Positions 24,886-38,626 of a stretch of DNA of 64,000 bases are shown here, piece by piece. Each line of letters begins with the position of its first letter. The stretch's first letter is position 1. The position numbers and the translations under genes were made by a program. Source of the stretch: Dicyema japonicum (taxonomy: Eukaryota > Animalia > Dicyemida); contig RDEW01000019.1 of the NCBI GenBank assembly GCA_011109175.1, forward strand, positions 714,145 to 778,144. The letters are read 5' to 3'. The notes beneath the pieces are model-generated. The model was not told the DNA's origin, searched no databases, and saw nothing but the letters and a program-made list of their open reading frames with translations.

Positions 24886-25493
24886 CCGGCTCGTGGTGAA
24901 TGCAGTGGAGTCGTCTACGTCACTATTTACCTCTGACAAAAGATTGGGACGGAGGACAGTCATCTTGAAGTTAAACAAGGTTGGCATCCTTTTCAACAGA
25001 TGTCAAAGGATCTTGGGTGTGAAAATTGATATGTATCTCTGTGAACACCACACGTAGAAAACATTCTATTCAAATGCGAGAAGAAACTGAACGTATTGAA
25101 AAGTTTATCGGGAATATGGAAGAGTGGTACTCACCCAATCTTGATGAACGTGTACAAACAGTACATCGAGCCATGTTTCTCATATACATGCGCTTCTTGG
25201 AGACTGTCCATATTTTGGACAAATATGAGGAAATGCAAAAGAAAGATTACAGAGTAACGGAGCGTTGGATTTGTGAAGATCACCCGAACCGGACCTACGC
25301 ATCTGGAGGTCCTTATGAGACTAAACTCAGATCACGGGCAGTGGCCCTGGGAATTCAGGCAGCCGTTCTGTACGTTCATGCGCGGGCATGAAGGAAAAAC
25401 ACCGGGCAAAGATGAGGTCTCTGTTAGAATGCATCGGGATCACGTGATAATTAGTTCGGTTTTACCTTTGTCTTGGGTTGTTAAATAAATAAT
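24886..25493 (+). mobile_element. 5'-truncated Jockey/I-like LINE
   Basis: Reverse-complement match to 42800-43417; (TAAA)n tail. Confidence 0.8.
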
Positions 25494-25699
25494 GCCGTGC
25501 TTCCTTCTCTTTCAATAAATTCGCATGACGAACTAGATATTATTCAGAACTATCTTCGATTTTAAGAATGTCCTCATGCAACAGAGCAGATAATTTCTAT
25601 TATCTATCAAACTCAAAATGCTAATAAAAGTAAAATAGAAAACCAAAGGCAAAAACTAGTTTTGAGTTCGAAGCACAGCTACACGGTCAGCTGATACGA

Positions 25700-26760
25700 G
25701 ACACCGCATGTTATCTCTTCGCTGATGACCATTTATTAAACCCCCTGTGGATTGTGTATCCAAAATGTGTAATATTTTCGTATTGAAACGGCAATTTCAA
25801 TTTTAAATCGTTCGTTAAGCCAATTTGATATCTTTCAGATTTATCTAATAACTAAACAAGTTTTTTCCTCGTTATGATACCATCCTTGAAAACCAAGAAT
25901 GGTTCGATACTCGCTACATATATATACAGAAAAGTCTTCGGACTAAATAAAAACGCAAAAGCGACTTCAACACGCAGTTGCTTTTTTCCTTACGCATTTG
26001 ACGTAATCTTTGTAAGATCCCTTTGATCAGCACATACTCCGAGGTACTTGAGACAACCCAGGGTCTTGGTTTGACCCATATTAACATAGTCATTAATTCT
26101 CTCCCTATTCTTCCCAATCCAAGAAATCGTAAATTTTTCCTGAGACAGAGGTAAACGTCTACACCGGCACTATTTTTCAATTTTTTTAATCTGTGCCGAA
26201 ACCTTCTTCCAAGATAAATATTACTTTCGTTCAGTTCTAACATCGATGTACATAAATGATCATTTTCTAATTAGTGTTCCGCTTTAGCTACTTCACTCAT
26301 CAAACAATTAAAAAGAAGTGGACTAGCACCGATCTCTGTGAAATCTTTCCTCTTAACAATTTTTTGAAATTTGATTTTCCAACACGATTCTCCACAGAAA
26401 GAAATTCACTTAATCATAGAAAAGCCGTACTCCAATACTAAAATTCTCTAGTCTTCGTAATGACCAACATGCCAAGCACTATCAAAGCTTTGATATATCT
26501 CGATATGCTGCCGTATGGAATTCTTTATCGCTTGGAGCAATAGTAATAGCTATTCTTAACTCTAAAACAATCTCCAGTGCCTATATTTCGACGAAACGTC
26601 TACTTACCACACGTCGGAACATTCTAAGCGTACGTTTATAAATTATTCGAATTTTCAATGATGATTTTTTTTTAAAAAATGGATCACTCGGAATTGTTGT
26701 CTGTTTCTTTCAATTCGACAAAATTCTATTGGTATTGTCTGAAGAACACCTTATTGGCCA
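25700..26760 (-). mobile_element. Degenerate non-LTR RT fragment
   Basis: Minus strand has KAFDS-like (caaagctttg at about 26483), SPLLFNCLM-like and IYLG remnants with many stops. Confidence 0.5.
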
Positions 26761-27600
26761 TCATGTAATCACAAAATGATCAAACTTGTCTCTGACAAAT
26801 ACGATAAATACATCTTCGATCGCAGAGACATGTGGAATCATGTGGAACCGAAGGATAAAAAATCGGTTAGCCATAAAGATATTCGAATTAAAATTTGCAA
26901 AATGTATCGATTTTAAAGGCATAGTCATCATGAGACGGGAAATTTGCAAAATGCATCGATTTTGGAAGACACGGTTATCATGTACGGTTTTTAGTTATTT
27001 ATGGTGAATCGAGTTCCGAAGAATTTGATTCAAATAAGGAGACTTAGACTTATTTCGAGAATATAAGAACAAAATGTAAGAAAACACCAATATAAACTTT
27101 GAAAGCAAATCGGGGACTTTATAACTGTCAAAAAGGATTTTGACGACAATCCTCATTCAAAAAAGTGTCCAGTAAACAGTTTTCTTGCGAGAGGGAGTAA
27201 AGAGTAATTAACAAAACTCGCATTCGGTTGTGGTTAAAGATATTACAGGTAACAAACAAAAATATACAAAAAAAATAAATTAAAAATCAGTACATGCTAA
27301 AAATTTTCTTTTTAAGCTTCATCAGAATAGAATTGTTAAATCAGGACTTCTAAATCCTCTCAGGCTCTCCAGAGAATATTCAACGCTAACCTAAGATTAC
27401 CTACAGGATTGGAAGCTATCCATCTCTTTAGCCCTGACTGCGTGGATAGTCCCTCTCAGGATTGTAAACTGTATTCGCTGCCAGCAGCAGCGCTCGCTAA
27501 ATCGAATTCCTAGTTGATCCAGAAAAGCATCTTATTTCAGTAAATAATGATAAGCAAGTATATTTTATAAAGAAAAAAAACTTTGGCCTTTTCTGGGAAT

Positions 27601-27873
27601 GTAATTATGTGGTTTTTGAAATTTCATATTTAATTACACTAATTGCGACTTTCTTGATTATTTAAGCGTTCAACGCGTCAGCTAACAAATGCACTTCTAC
27701 TTCTTGTTCTGATTATGTTTTCACCAATAAGTTAATATTTATTTTTTTCAACTATTAGTCAAAATGAAGAAAATTGCGTTGACATGGAATCACTTGATGA
27801 CCCTTACTGCTACCTTACGGACGTTTATGTTGAAGAATGCGGAAGGAACGTTAAGAAATTAGCCTGCGCTTAA
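27601..27873 (+). other. Small six-cysteine coding module, 5' end unresolved (gene end or pseudogene)
   Basis: 28-nt GT-AG intron 27731-27758 joins NKCTSTSCSDYVFTN to NQNEENCVDMESLDDPYCYLTDVYVEECGRNVKKLACA*. Confidence 0.35.
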
Positions 27874-28999
27874 CATTAATTTATTCTCTCTCACTAATAA
27901 TTTCGATTAATAACAATCTTTAATTTATTTTATTTAAAATTCACAATCAAAAAAGATAATTAAATATGCTAGTTCTGCCTGGAGATTTCCTTTCCCTCTC
28001 TGAGGATCGAAGTTATAAACTCTCTCAGGCGTAAAACGACGTGGCTCATGGAAACTGACAATTCATCTATCACCAGGTTCACTTTCCGAGAAGACGAAAC
28101 TGAGAATTCACAGGGTTTGCCACGTTTCTGCAAGGAGCTAGGAAACCAATCCTGAGAAAGACTGACTCATGCAGAGGAATTCCGATCGGCCATAAGAGAA
28201 TTCCTCTGCAGACACAAAAACACAAAGTTTCCAGAGAGAAGTTGAGTCTCTGGCGGAACATTTTAGGAGAGTTCGAGAGATATTGGAGGCTGGGATAATT
28301 TAATTAGTAGATTTGACCTTTCTTCTTGATCTTGGGGTCTAAATAAAATAAAAATCAAAAAGTGAGCACTACACATAAAATTAGATCAGTCTTCTAAAAT
28401 TTCTATTATTCGAGGTGTCAAAATCGCACTAAAGTATCTGTCACTTATTTTCAGAGATGACCCTGTATTTACGGATTTTTTGGAGAGACTGTCAGGGTAG
28501 AAGTCGGTTTACATTCTATATCGTTTTATATTACTTCCCCATCACTCAATTTACAGTGTTTTTTCTTTATAATAACTTACTTAACTTAAAATTTCTATTG
28601 ACATTATTCGCCATACTGTTAGTTAATGAAAGTTTTAGAATTTAAACTTTTTGGCCGTCGCGTTGCTACGGCAAGTGAAATAAATGTTGAAGTGCAATTA
28701 TACGCCACAAAAAGACAGAGAAGCCTAAAGGGAAGAAGCACGGAAGGTTCCTGGACCGGTTCACGTTTTACGCTATTGTTGCCGAGACAACTGGAGCCTT
28801 TATGGAAATCGCCAAAGCGTCTAATTATCGGATTCCCTAGTCGACCAAGAAATTCTAGTGTCTAAGGTCCAATGGCATTGGGGACTCTATAGTAAGAGGA
28901 GTATAAAATTTTAATTACAATTTAGAAAAAAATATAATTATAAAAGTCTTAATTAAACACACACAGTCGAATTATTAATTACCTAATTTATTAGATAAT

Positions 29000-29500
29000 T
29001 GAAATCTGAGTGCGGGTCGTTTCCCCAGGCACTCCTGTCTTAACATGACATTAAAGAATTCCCTTGCCTCTGCTGGACACCATTGCCTGTTAGAACCTGC
29101 TGGTCTTTCCCGAAACGATAAAAAACGCCTGATGGGATGACGACTTTTCCATTCGCCAACTGACGAAACCTGATTTGGGACGCGACGTGTGTCGATACTT
29201 ATTCCCCGTCTAATTTGGTTTGCTTCTGCTTCAGACCCAGGACATGCTTCAAAGCAGGCCGAGGAACGAAAGAAGAGGAAGTACCAGAGAATTTCGGAGG
29301 AGTATCTTTTTGTTCCATTCGCGGTGGAAACGTCAGGAATCTTTGGCCCCCAAGCAGATGAGTTGGTTCGTAAGATCGGCTCCATGATTCAAGCTGTGAC
29401 CGAGACTGGTTGGTTCCGAGAACGTATCTCGTTGGCTATTGTTAGGGGAAATAGCCTGGCCATTCAGATGCCTTAATTTAATTTTTATTCATTTGATAAT
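29000..29500 (+). mobile_element. CRE-clade non-LTR retrotransposon, RLE endonuclease 3' fragment
   Basis: LEPAGLSRNDKKR-PDGMT ... CVDT ... AEERKKRKY ... FVPFAVETSG.FG ... RERISLAIVRGN, typical of the CRE-type restriction-like endonuclease. Confidence 0.8.
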
Positions 29501-29689
29501 AAAATTTCTTTCACTAAAAAAAATTGAAATCTGAAAAAAAGTCTTAATGCGGCAAGTCTGTTTGTAATTACAAGAAGCAACCTACTAGACGAAAATAATT
29601 AATTGCAAAATAATTTTCCTATATAATTTACAATTTTGTCCCATTATTATCCTAAAATTTAGGGTTATTTTATGGATAATATAGACCTT

Positions 29690-30110
29690 GCCCCGGATTG
29701 AGTTTGGACCCTGTGCTTGACACGTCTATGTAGCAGTGAACTTAGAAAGTCCGCAGATACTCATCATCTCACATGTCTAAATGCTGCGTCTGCTAAGAAT
29801 TTGAGGTCCTGGTTGAATACCTTCCCAGTGCGTGCAGTTGGTACTCTGCTTGATGAGAATACAATCCGCGTTGGAGTTGCTCTTCGGGTAGACTTTGACG
29901 TCTGCTTGGAATGCTGACGATGTGGTGGGATGGTTTACAGGAGAGAACTACATTTGTAGTCATGAAGACGGAGCGCCGGGAGATTCCCTTGTCACGCCAT
30001 GCTAAACTAGACGTGCCTTCTGGAACCCGTCGATTTTGACATAGGTTAAGACAAGAGGCCGAGTGGCGCAACGACCATGATTGGAGCTAAGGAAGGTGTC
30101 TTGCTTGGGG
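29690..30110 (+). mobile_element. CRE-like element fragment (pre-RLE region)
   Basis: SWLNTFPVRAVGTLLDENTIRVGVALR followed by a decayed C..C..H..C. Confidence 0.65.
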
Positions 30111-30949
30111 TTCAATTGTGTTTTTCTAATGCAAATTTGCTCAAGTCCTCGTTCAAGATTTGAAAAAGGAGGAACTGGGGGACAGGTTCCCTTTCCAGCC
30201 AATCTCTGTTGAGATGTATAGCGTGATGGCCTGAGCGCGTCTGAGTATATAATGTTAATCGGGCGGCATGCTGGAATGTAGAAGGGTGAACCTAGGATGC
30301 GATGGTTCCAGAACATAAGCTCAGGATCATGAGAGGTAACTCCCATTACTTTTTTAATGCCTGCAAGCCATAATGGAAACCTTTTCACAACAACTAACTT
30401 TAGTTAATTAATAATTCCGACTATGCTACTTTGTAGGAAGCCAGCTGTCTTTAGCCATCCAGTAGCCAGTGCTGAGAACACGATTTGTCTCTTAAAAGGA
30501 AGTGTCCAGAACATAATTTTGCTAACTTCCTCCAAGTCTCTCTGTCTAACATGGGACCTTCTCCTCAACTAACTTTTTTTATTTTAATAAATTATTAATA
30601 AAAAGAAATTTATGGAATTAATCAACCTGATGGTCATAAGGTAGCCGCCCTACTGCATGGGTATTCCCACTTAGGGTGGTGAGCGAGATTCGCTCAAATA
30701 ACTAGCAAAGCTCACGGATATCTCCAGTGCATGTAGAAACCCGATTCCCTTGATAACCCAGGAATTCGAGAATCGAAGTTGCAAGGGAACCTGATTATTA
30801 TCCTTCAACTAAAAAATTAAATGGACACAAAAATAATTCTAATTAATAATAGAAATTCAAATGTGACAATAAATCGATTAGTAGCATCGCACAGTTGAAT
30901 TGTCAATAACTATAATTTATTATAAAAAATCAGAGAATAACTAAGACCT

Positions 30950-31500
30950 CTCCGGGAAAAGAATTGTTTCTCTAACGTGATGGAAGTAATCTACGCCGAT
31001 GATATTGATTTCGTCTGCCGGGATAGGGATACGCTGAAAACTATACTAAAAGTGATCCCTCATGGCTTGGAGGACTAATCCCTGGTAGTAAACCTAGAGA
31101 AAACGGAAAGAACTAGCATATCCCGTTGCACGACGAGAAACGAGGAAAAGTGGAAAACATGCAAGAAGGTGGATCTCTCCTCGGGCACTCAGAGGACGTT
31201 ATTCACAGGAAGTTCTGGCGGTTGCTTCTTTCAAAAAATTCTGGGCGATCTGATGCGACGAATGTACATAGGCACTCGTCTTCGAATTCGGTTGTACAAC
31301 TCCTTTATCGAACCAATTCTACTTTATAACGCGGGGACCTTAATACAGAAAAGTATGATTCCATGGTCTGATTGACCGATGCCATTTCCGAAGCTCTTAG
31401 GATATGTCCAAAGAGCTGCCATTTTGCAGAAGTAACTTTATTCCTAAACAAAACAACGTATCGAGGTCAACAAAGAACAATGTCGCCGTCGACGTTTTTT
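30950..31500 (+). mobile_element. RTE-like LINE RT fragment
   Basis: IYADDIDF (about 30989) and TRLRIRLYNSFIEPILLYNAGT. Confidence 0.75.
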
Positions 31501-32849
31501 TGCATGAATATACATAATTCTAACTATTAGAATTCTATGAAATTTTTAATTTTTCCAAATGGCGTGAAATGATATTTTAAGTCAATGGCCATCAATTTTT
31601 TTGTTGCAGGTTAGAGTTAATAGAGAAAGTTAAAGGCATACCAAAATTTTTACAAAAAATCAAAATTTGGCTACTATTTGAACTGTGGATCTAAAAAAGA
31701 AACATACTTTTTTAATGGATAATTGGCTAGAATTAATCGGCAGAAAACGAAAACCAAGTAACATATCAGTCTTCCTTCAAGACCTTGAATTTATCAAAAA
31801 GTTGCGTTTGTGACTCTTAAATGATTGTAAACTAAAATTCAATTAACGAAAATGAACACCTTCAAATGAATGAGCTCTTCAACTAACAAATCTAAGATAA
31901 CAAAAAAGTACCAAATTTTAGAGGACTATTTGTTGTCCCTTTAGGCGTGGTGATATAAGGAATCGTGGCCCATGACTTATTTGATTGAATTAGTCACCGA
32001 GTAAATGTCACCGAGGATACCCAATGCAGGATGTTTTCAAGAGCATATCTCGCTGGCAATCGTCAGAACAAACAAACAGTCTGGAGAAAATAAGGTTTTG
32101 TGAAAAAAGTCGAAAAATGGTATCCAAAAAATAAAATTTATTAAGTTTTAATTATTGATCCTCAGAATATAATAGTTGACGTATCATGATAGTAATGAGA
32201 TCAACTAATGCAGCCACCGTGATTCGCGGACGTCGTGACGGTCCAATCATAATATTTTTTATACTCCAAAAAATTACCAAGAAATATAAAAACCAATATT
32301 ATGTCTAGAATAATTAACAGAATTCTGGCTAAGGCAACGAGTCGGGATTGTCATATTACGTAGAAACGTATACGCAATCTTATCTAAAAAGGCTTAATTA
32401 TTTAAATTTTTGTTAATAAATTGTTTTCCCATGAACAGAATTAGTGTTAATTTGAGCAATTCTAGAGTTAGGTTAGAATTTGCGTTATAGTTAGGGTCAG
32501 GTTAACTATATATGGGATCTTCTTATCATAATGCTTCCTAATGCAGGTTGATGCTCCATGAGTCTTTTTCGACCTTGTAAACTCATTCAAATGACAAAGA
32601 CTTTTTTTATACATCCAGTAGTCTCGACTACAATACTAAGGAAATGAACTGATAGAGGGAAACTTTCGTATTTCTTTTATTTTGACTTCTCAGTTTTTCA
32701 TGAGGCGAATAATCGTTTAAAGAACTTCCGATAATATTGGAAAAAGAATGTTAGTATACATGACGTCACAACCAATGGCTTCCTCACATTGAACGGAAAA
32801 AAATATTGTGTTATTTTAGAACGGAAAGATATTTAATCATGTGTCGGCT

Positions 32850-33740
32850 TATCAAATGCGAATATGTAAGATAATATTTAAGGTAAACCAAACGGATAAT
32901 TTTTGAAAAATTTGTAGAAAAAAATCACACGCAGGCCGTCAAGAGACTGAGGGAATTTTCGCAGACGATTCGATCCAGGCGTTCATTGAAGAGATAATTA
33001 AATAACAAACTGAAAATATGATATGTTTAAGAAAATGTAAAAAAAATCCAGTGTCTAATAACAGAATACTGAAAACATTCCCGAAAGATGATACTTGAGC
33101 AACTCGATGACCGTTAGGTTAAATATATTTTTATTATTTCTGGACTGAATATAATAAAATGATTCCGAAAGACGTAATCATCAACACAGCACGTGTATTA
33201 TTTTTGTGAAAGATAATATTACAAAAATAATTCTATAAATATATATTTTAGAGAATTTAAAATATCGAAAGTATAGAAAAACAAAAACCTAGAAAAACAC
33301 CATCGAAAGGCTGAAATGAGAAAAAATAAAAGGAACGAATATTTGGCTCAGGAAATTCCTTAGATTCCGTCCAATCATATGAATTTTTGAAAGGTCCAAT
33401 GAGTAAAGGAAATATTTATGACAATTCATTGAATCAGTTCTCAGACGAAAGTTTACATTCAGAAATTCATCAAATCAAAATGAAGAAACATCAGGGAAAA
33501 CTGAAGATGAAGACACTACTTTTCCTCGCAAAAAGCCAATCTGGAGAAAATTCTACAAATAAAGAAAATTCTACTTACATTAATAAAATCTTCACAAAAC
33601 AGAACATAACATTTTTATGGTGATTTACATGTTTTATTTTAGTGCATTATTTTTTTATTGTTGGATTAAATTTTCGAAAGACATTTTTAACAATAACCAC
33701 TAATTATACTACTTATCCGCTATTTTTATTTGATTTAAGT
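32850..33740 (+). pseudogene. Degenerate paralogue (member C) of the KASH-like tail-anchored family
   Basis: Inverted similarity to 17200-17620 and one copy of GNSLDSVQSYEFLKGPMSKGN. The same phase-2 mini-intron after FL-TG (33620-33642) precedes a hydrophobic exon. Many stops upstream. Confidence 0.6.
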
Positions 33741-34859
33741 TGAACAAACATAATTTACGAAAAATAGCTAAATTAGTTGTTGGTTAAGTGTTGAACCTCT
33801 CTAATAATGTCTGTCTTTATAGCAGTCTCAGTATTTACCTGGTGAACGAGCTTGATAAACTGCAAAGATATGCGAGGAGGAAATTTACGTGGAGAAAACT
33901 GGTAGAACGGGTAGTGAAGAGACAAGCAAAACCTTAAGTATTATATGCAACGCGGGAGTGCATTTAACTGACTAACTTTTTAACTACATAATGATTAGCT
34001 AAAGGAGATGGTTAGTTAGTTACCACAACTGCTACCATATGGTATGGACTCTTCACCATCTCATCTTTTTGCAGATCCTTAATTTTTATATCGAGTCACT
34101 AACGCCACTTTTCTTTATAAAATCAGTCATTTGTCTTATATCACCATTTTTATTGGCTTTATCAGGCCGTTTTCTTCGTTTTTGATATATTTATTTATTT
34201 CTCCTTTTTGCGCAAGCATGCTAACTGCTGCTTCTTCTTGGTCTTTTCTAACTGCGATATTGTCTAGTTTTTATTAGTGTTAGTACCAACCCTCATATCT
34301 GTAAACATGCGACAGGATAAATACCCACTTGAACATGAAATGGAAAACCTTTCCCAATTTTCGATTTTCTCATGCACAGAGGAACTTGGAAGGCCCTCTT
34401 TCTTCTAACAGCTACGTCTTCCATAACGTCCCATTTCTTTCCGATTAAAACTCCAACCCCTCCAGTGGAGTGGGGGAGAGCAAATTATCCTTTTTCGTGC
34501 CGGCCTGGCACTGGACGCCACCTAGACAGATGGATCACATGACGCCACTCTAATAGGAAGAAAGGAGGAACAGACAAACAAACAAAAACTTCAACCAATT
34601 AGCTACGAAGCACCACATGGCGCCACGCGGCTAACATCACAGAAAATGGAAATCAAATTAACAAATTGGCTCACCGCAAGAAAGACGTGCGGGAAGCGGT
34701 CTGGCTGAGGCAACGTATTGGTATCACAGTGTCCGCGAAAACGCTTACTCCGTGATGTCAGCAGCCGCTCTCCCCCATAGTTAATAAATAATATTTTATT
34801 GTTAATAAATTTTTTAAATTTAAATTAACATATTTTATGAAAGCAACACGACTTAATGC

Positions 34860-37800
34860 TAACACCCACTTATTTAACAACAATAAAAAAGTTAATATAT
34901 TTAATCAACAACCTTCCTCGCCTGCCTGTTCGCCAGCCTCCTCAGGCAGGTTCGATTCTGGTTGCTGAAACAACTCCGAGAGCGCTTGTCTAATTGAACC
35001 CTCTGCCCATATGGCATCTCAGGGCTCTGCCTCCTATACTCCAGTGTCAGGCTCTCTAGGGTCCGCTTTAACACAGTGGACTGTAGATAGGCCTGGAGCT
35101 TCCTATCTACCCCCAACTGCTTCAGATAACCCTTGTGGTACTTTGTTGCAATTCCTTCCCACGTCATTACTATAGGAATAACGAGGACCTTGCAACCAAG
35201 CATCTGCCCCATCTCGTTTGCAAGAAAGTCATACTTCCTTTTTTTCTCCACCTCCACAGTCTGCAAACGGTCTTGAGACGTGATGCCAACCTCTATGATA
35301 AGGACTTGGCCAGACTCCTTATCGTGTACCACAATGTCCGGTTTATTGTGCTTGACTAGCACCGAGGTACGGATAACACTGTCTACCTTAATTTGGACCC
35401 TGGTGTTCTCTACTACAGATTGCACCTTATGAGTCCGCAACTTTCTGGTGTGGCGAATACCATACTTATTGCATAGTAGAAGATGAAGACTCCTTACTAC
35501 CTCGTTGTGCCTCCACACATAGTCGTGGCAGAGCATGGATCCACATCGAGTGGCTAAATGATCAACCGACATGCTCCTTGACTTACAGTGGGGACATGTA
35601 TTTGTTGATCGACCCCAAAAAATATTGCGGTCTTGCATATACGTGTACAACGCCTCCGATCGAGGTGAGTTGTCACCGTATTTTAGCCATATTGTCGACG
35701 ACTTAAGGTCGACATGTGGGTTGTCCAATGCTCTGAAGAGGACCTTATGAAGGCTTTTTAAGTTGATCTTTTCCATCAAATTATTATATTGTAATTCGAT
35801 CAACGCCTTCACATTTACTAGCCCACCATCATCAACACCATACTTAGCAGACAAAAAAGGTCTGATAGTGCCTAGGTGGGTTGCCCGTGTTTTCTCGGTC
35901 GTTATTATGGCGTGCTTCCTAGCAGACACACTTGACCCAGCTATCAGGGTGTCGTGCATTCGCATTAGGATACGCTCACTTAGTTGGACTACTCCACACA
36001 GTCCACGGCCGAATTTATCACGGGGTAAATATAGTCTCTCCTTATTGGCTGCCAACACATGGACATGGTTCTCTCTGAGTACTCCACGGATCATAACATC
36101 CATCTCATCATACTCTTTGGGCTCAAACTCCACAACACCTATGTAGTAGTTTAGCAGCGAGACAGCATACTCATTTAATGCTAGGAACAAATTCCTTGCA
36201 TTTAGAGACGTCTTACACAATAACGCTGCTCTTTTACGGATGCCTTCAGTAATTTGTCGCTTTGTCTCAGGCATTATAAGGGACTTTGGAGATTCGGTAA
36301 CACCCAGATACTTATATCCTTCGTGTTCCTCTAGGACTCTTACTAACTCGCTACATACTTGCGTGTTAGTCGCAGACTTTGAATAATTCAAATCTAGCCC
36401 TATACTCTCAAAGAATTCCCTGGCACAGACCCCCATGGAGTAGAGCTCCTCGGCTGTTCGAGCATACATCTTCAGTCATCGATAAAAAGAAGGTGATTTG
36501 TACTGAAACAGACCCCTTCACAATGAACTGGTATTTGCTCAAACCGGTCATTGAGGCGGCGACTCAATGGCTCCAAACAGAGAACAAAGAGTAGCGGAGA
36601 CATGCTATCCCCCTGAAGGATCCCCCTCTTGAGTTTTACCTCGCCTATCCGGTGCCTATTATAGTTCAGATGAATACTCCACCTATTCATCACAGCCACT
36701 ACAAAGCTGATGAACCACACAGGCATACACAGACTGTGTAGGCACTCGACAAGGTAAGAATGATCAACTGAATCGTAAGCCTTCTTCACATCCACCCACA
36801 TAGACAAAAGTGAGTTTCCGTGAGACACAGAAAGGCATTTGTTGATCAAAGCCTGCTCTTTTGCCCCCTGACAATTTCGCACAGTTCCCAACTGATTCTC
36901 GGAGAGAATCCCATTTGCGTCTACAAAGCTCCTGACCTCATTAGCCACCAATTTGGTCATCAGCTTATACAGGGTTGTCCAGCTTTGGGATCAAATAAGT
37001 TGTCCCTGTGCATGCCCAATCAGGAATCGTTTCCGGGTTAGTGATGCTTTTCTGTAATACACGACACATAGACTAGTGCAATGAAGTGCATCTTTTGATA
37101 AAGAAATAATAAACTTTATCGACCCCGGTGGTTTTCCAATCAGTGAGATGTCTCACTACCGCCTCAAATTTCTTGCAAAAATCGAAAATTCCTCAAGATT
37201 CCGCCAAGAAAGATGCGGCGCTGTACGGGACATTCCACGCTGATCCTCTGCGTGGTTTAGCATCACACATACTACTCATGTGGAAAGCATGTCCGCGTCC
37301 TGCTGGGAACATACACTATGGCCATTTTCGTGTAGGCGATGGAAAAACAATCTGCGATTAAACTCAAGCAGATTATTTTCTCTCCTTTCATACACCGATT
37401 TTCATATGTATAGATTTTCATCTTATACACCATTACTGCCCCCTCTAACTCCACATTTGCCCTCCTCAACTCTTTGAGGTCCCATTTGGGAACACGGAGT
37501 TTACTAATTAGCCTCTTTACTATAAGCGGTGCTTTTCCTCTAACCCCTCTCGCCACACTACTTATGTGCCCCTCCAGTGCTTCCAGCTCAGTCTGTCTCC
37601 AAACAATCTTGGCACAGATCTGCTCCCTCCATTTACTGGTGGTCTGGGCTTGTCCGTCAATTCCTCATAGGTGATCTGTGCTGCATACAGCACTAGGGAG
37701 ATGTCACCCAATGACCCTACTGGCTTAGCCTCCACCGCATAAGCCACAGCCTTATTGATGCAGGTTAACACTACACCGTTAACCTTACAATGAGGAATCT

Positions 37801-38310
37801 TGCGGGTAAATCTACGGTCCTCAAGTGGGACATCTGCCGCTGCAGCGAGATTCCGCGCAAAAACCTCATAAACATGCTTGAGCTGCAACGTATCACAGCT
37901 CTGGTGCTCGTGCTCTCTTTGACAGTTGTGGTCACCTGGTCCCCGCCCCTTTAGACCAGTACCCTCTTTGCCTACAGCCATCTTCTTGAGTTCACTCACA
38001 GATATAGCAGTACTGAATCTGCCACTGCAGAGCTCCGCCAAGTATGGCCATCCATTCCAGGGCATTCGAGATAGCCTGCTACGTACCTGCAGGACTACCT
38101 GCCTCGCCCATTCTTTTGGGTCATCTGCCACAACGCTCTCGGATATGGCAAGAATTACATTCATACCATCAGGTAACGCAAGTGACCCTTCTCCTTTTTT
38201 CCTTTCAACATTTTTGCCAACTCGAGAGAGTTTTAACGCCACCGAATCGAACGCACGTTGCATGTTTTTTATACTTAATGCTAATATATTGAATATCTTA
38301 GATTAAGTAA
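34860..38310 (-). mobile_element. R4/Dong-like RLE non-LTR retrotransposon, near full length, several frameshifts
   Basis: RT motifs WVDVKKAYDSVDH, RGILQGDSMSPLLF, HLLFIDD and YKYLG; CCHC finger CPHC..HLATRC; RHNEVV; KPDIV..IIEV..KKRKY endonuclease. Visibly more GC-rich than the flanks. Confidence 0.93.
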
Positions 38311-38626
38311 TAAATTATTTATATAAAAATAATAGGGCTTGAAATGGCGGTGATCAGGGAACACCTTTGCAATCCTGGCCTCTTACTAAAAGACTTAGTT
38401 TTTTACCTTTTTCAATGAATTTATTCGATTTTAACAAATTTACATAATTTATCAATTACTAATCTCCGGGCGTCATGAAAAAGCTCAATCACCCAGTAAG
38501 ACGTGGTCTTGTAGATTTGAAAAGAGAAACCAAATTTTAGTCCTAATTTATATCGATTTAACGTAGTTTCGTAACGTTGCTAATATTTAAGATAAGTTCC
38601 CGTTCACGTGTGATTTGCATTGTTCA

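Noticed and set aside
35135-38306. Plus-strand ORFs over the R4-like element
   Set aside because: Antisense shadows of a GC-richer coding strand.
38335-38395. HDV-like ribozyme at the 5' end of the R4-like element
   Set aside because: Only one short hairpin is visible; the nested double pseudoknot could not be built by eye.
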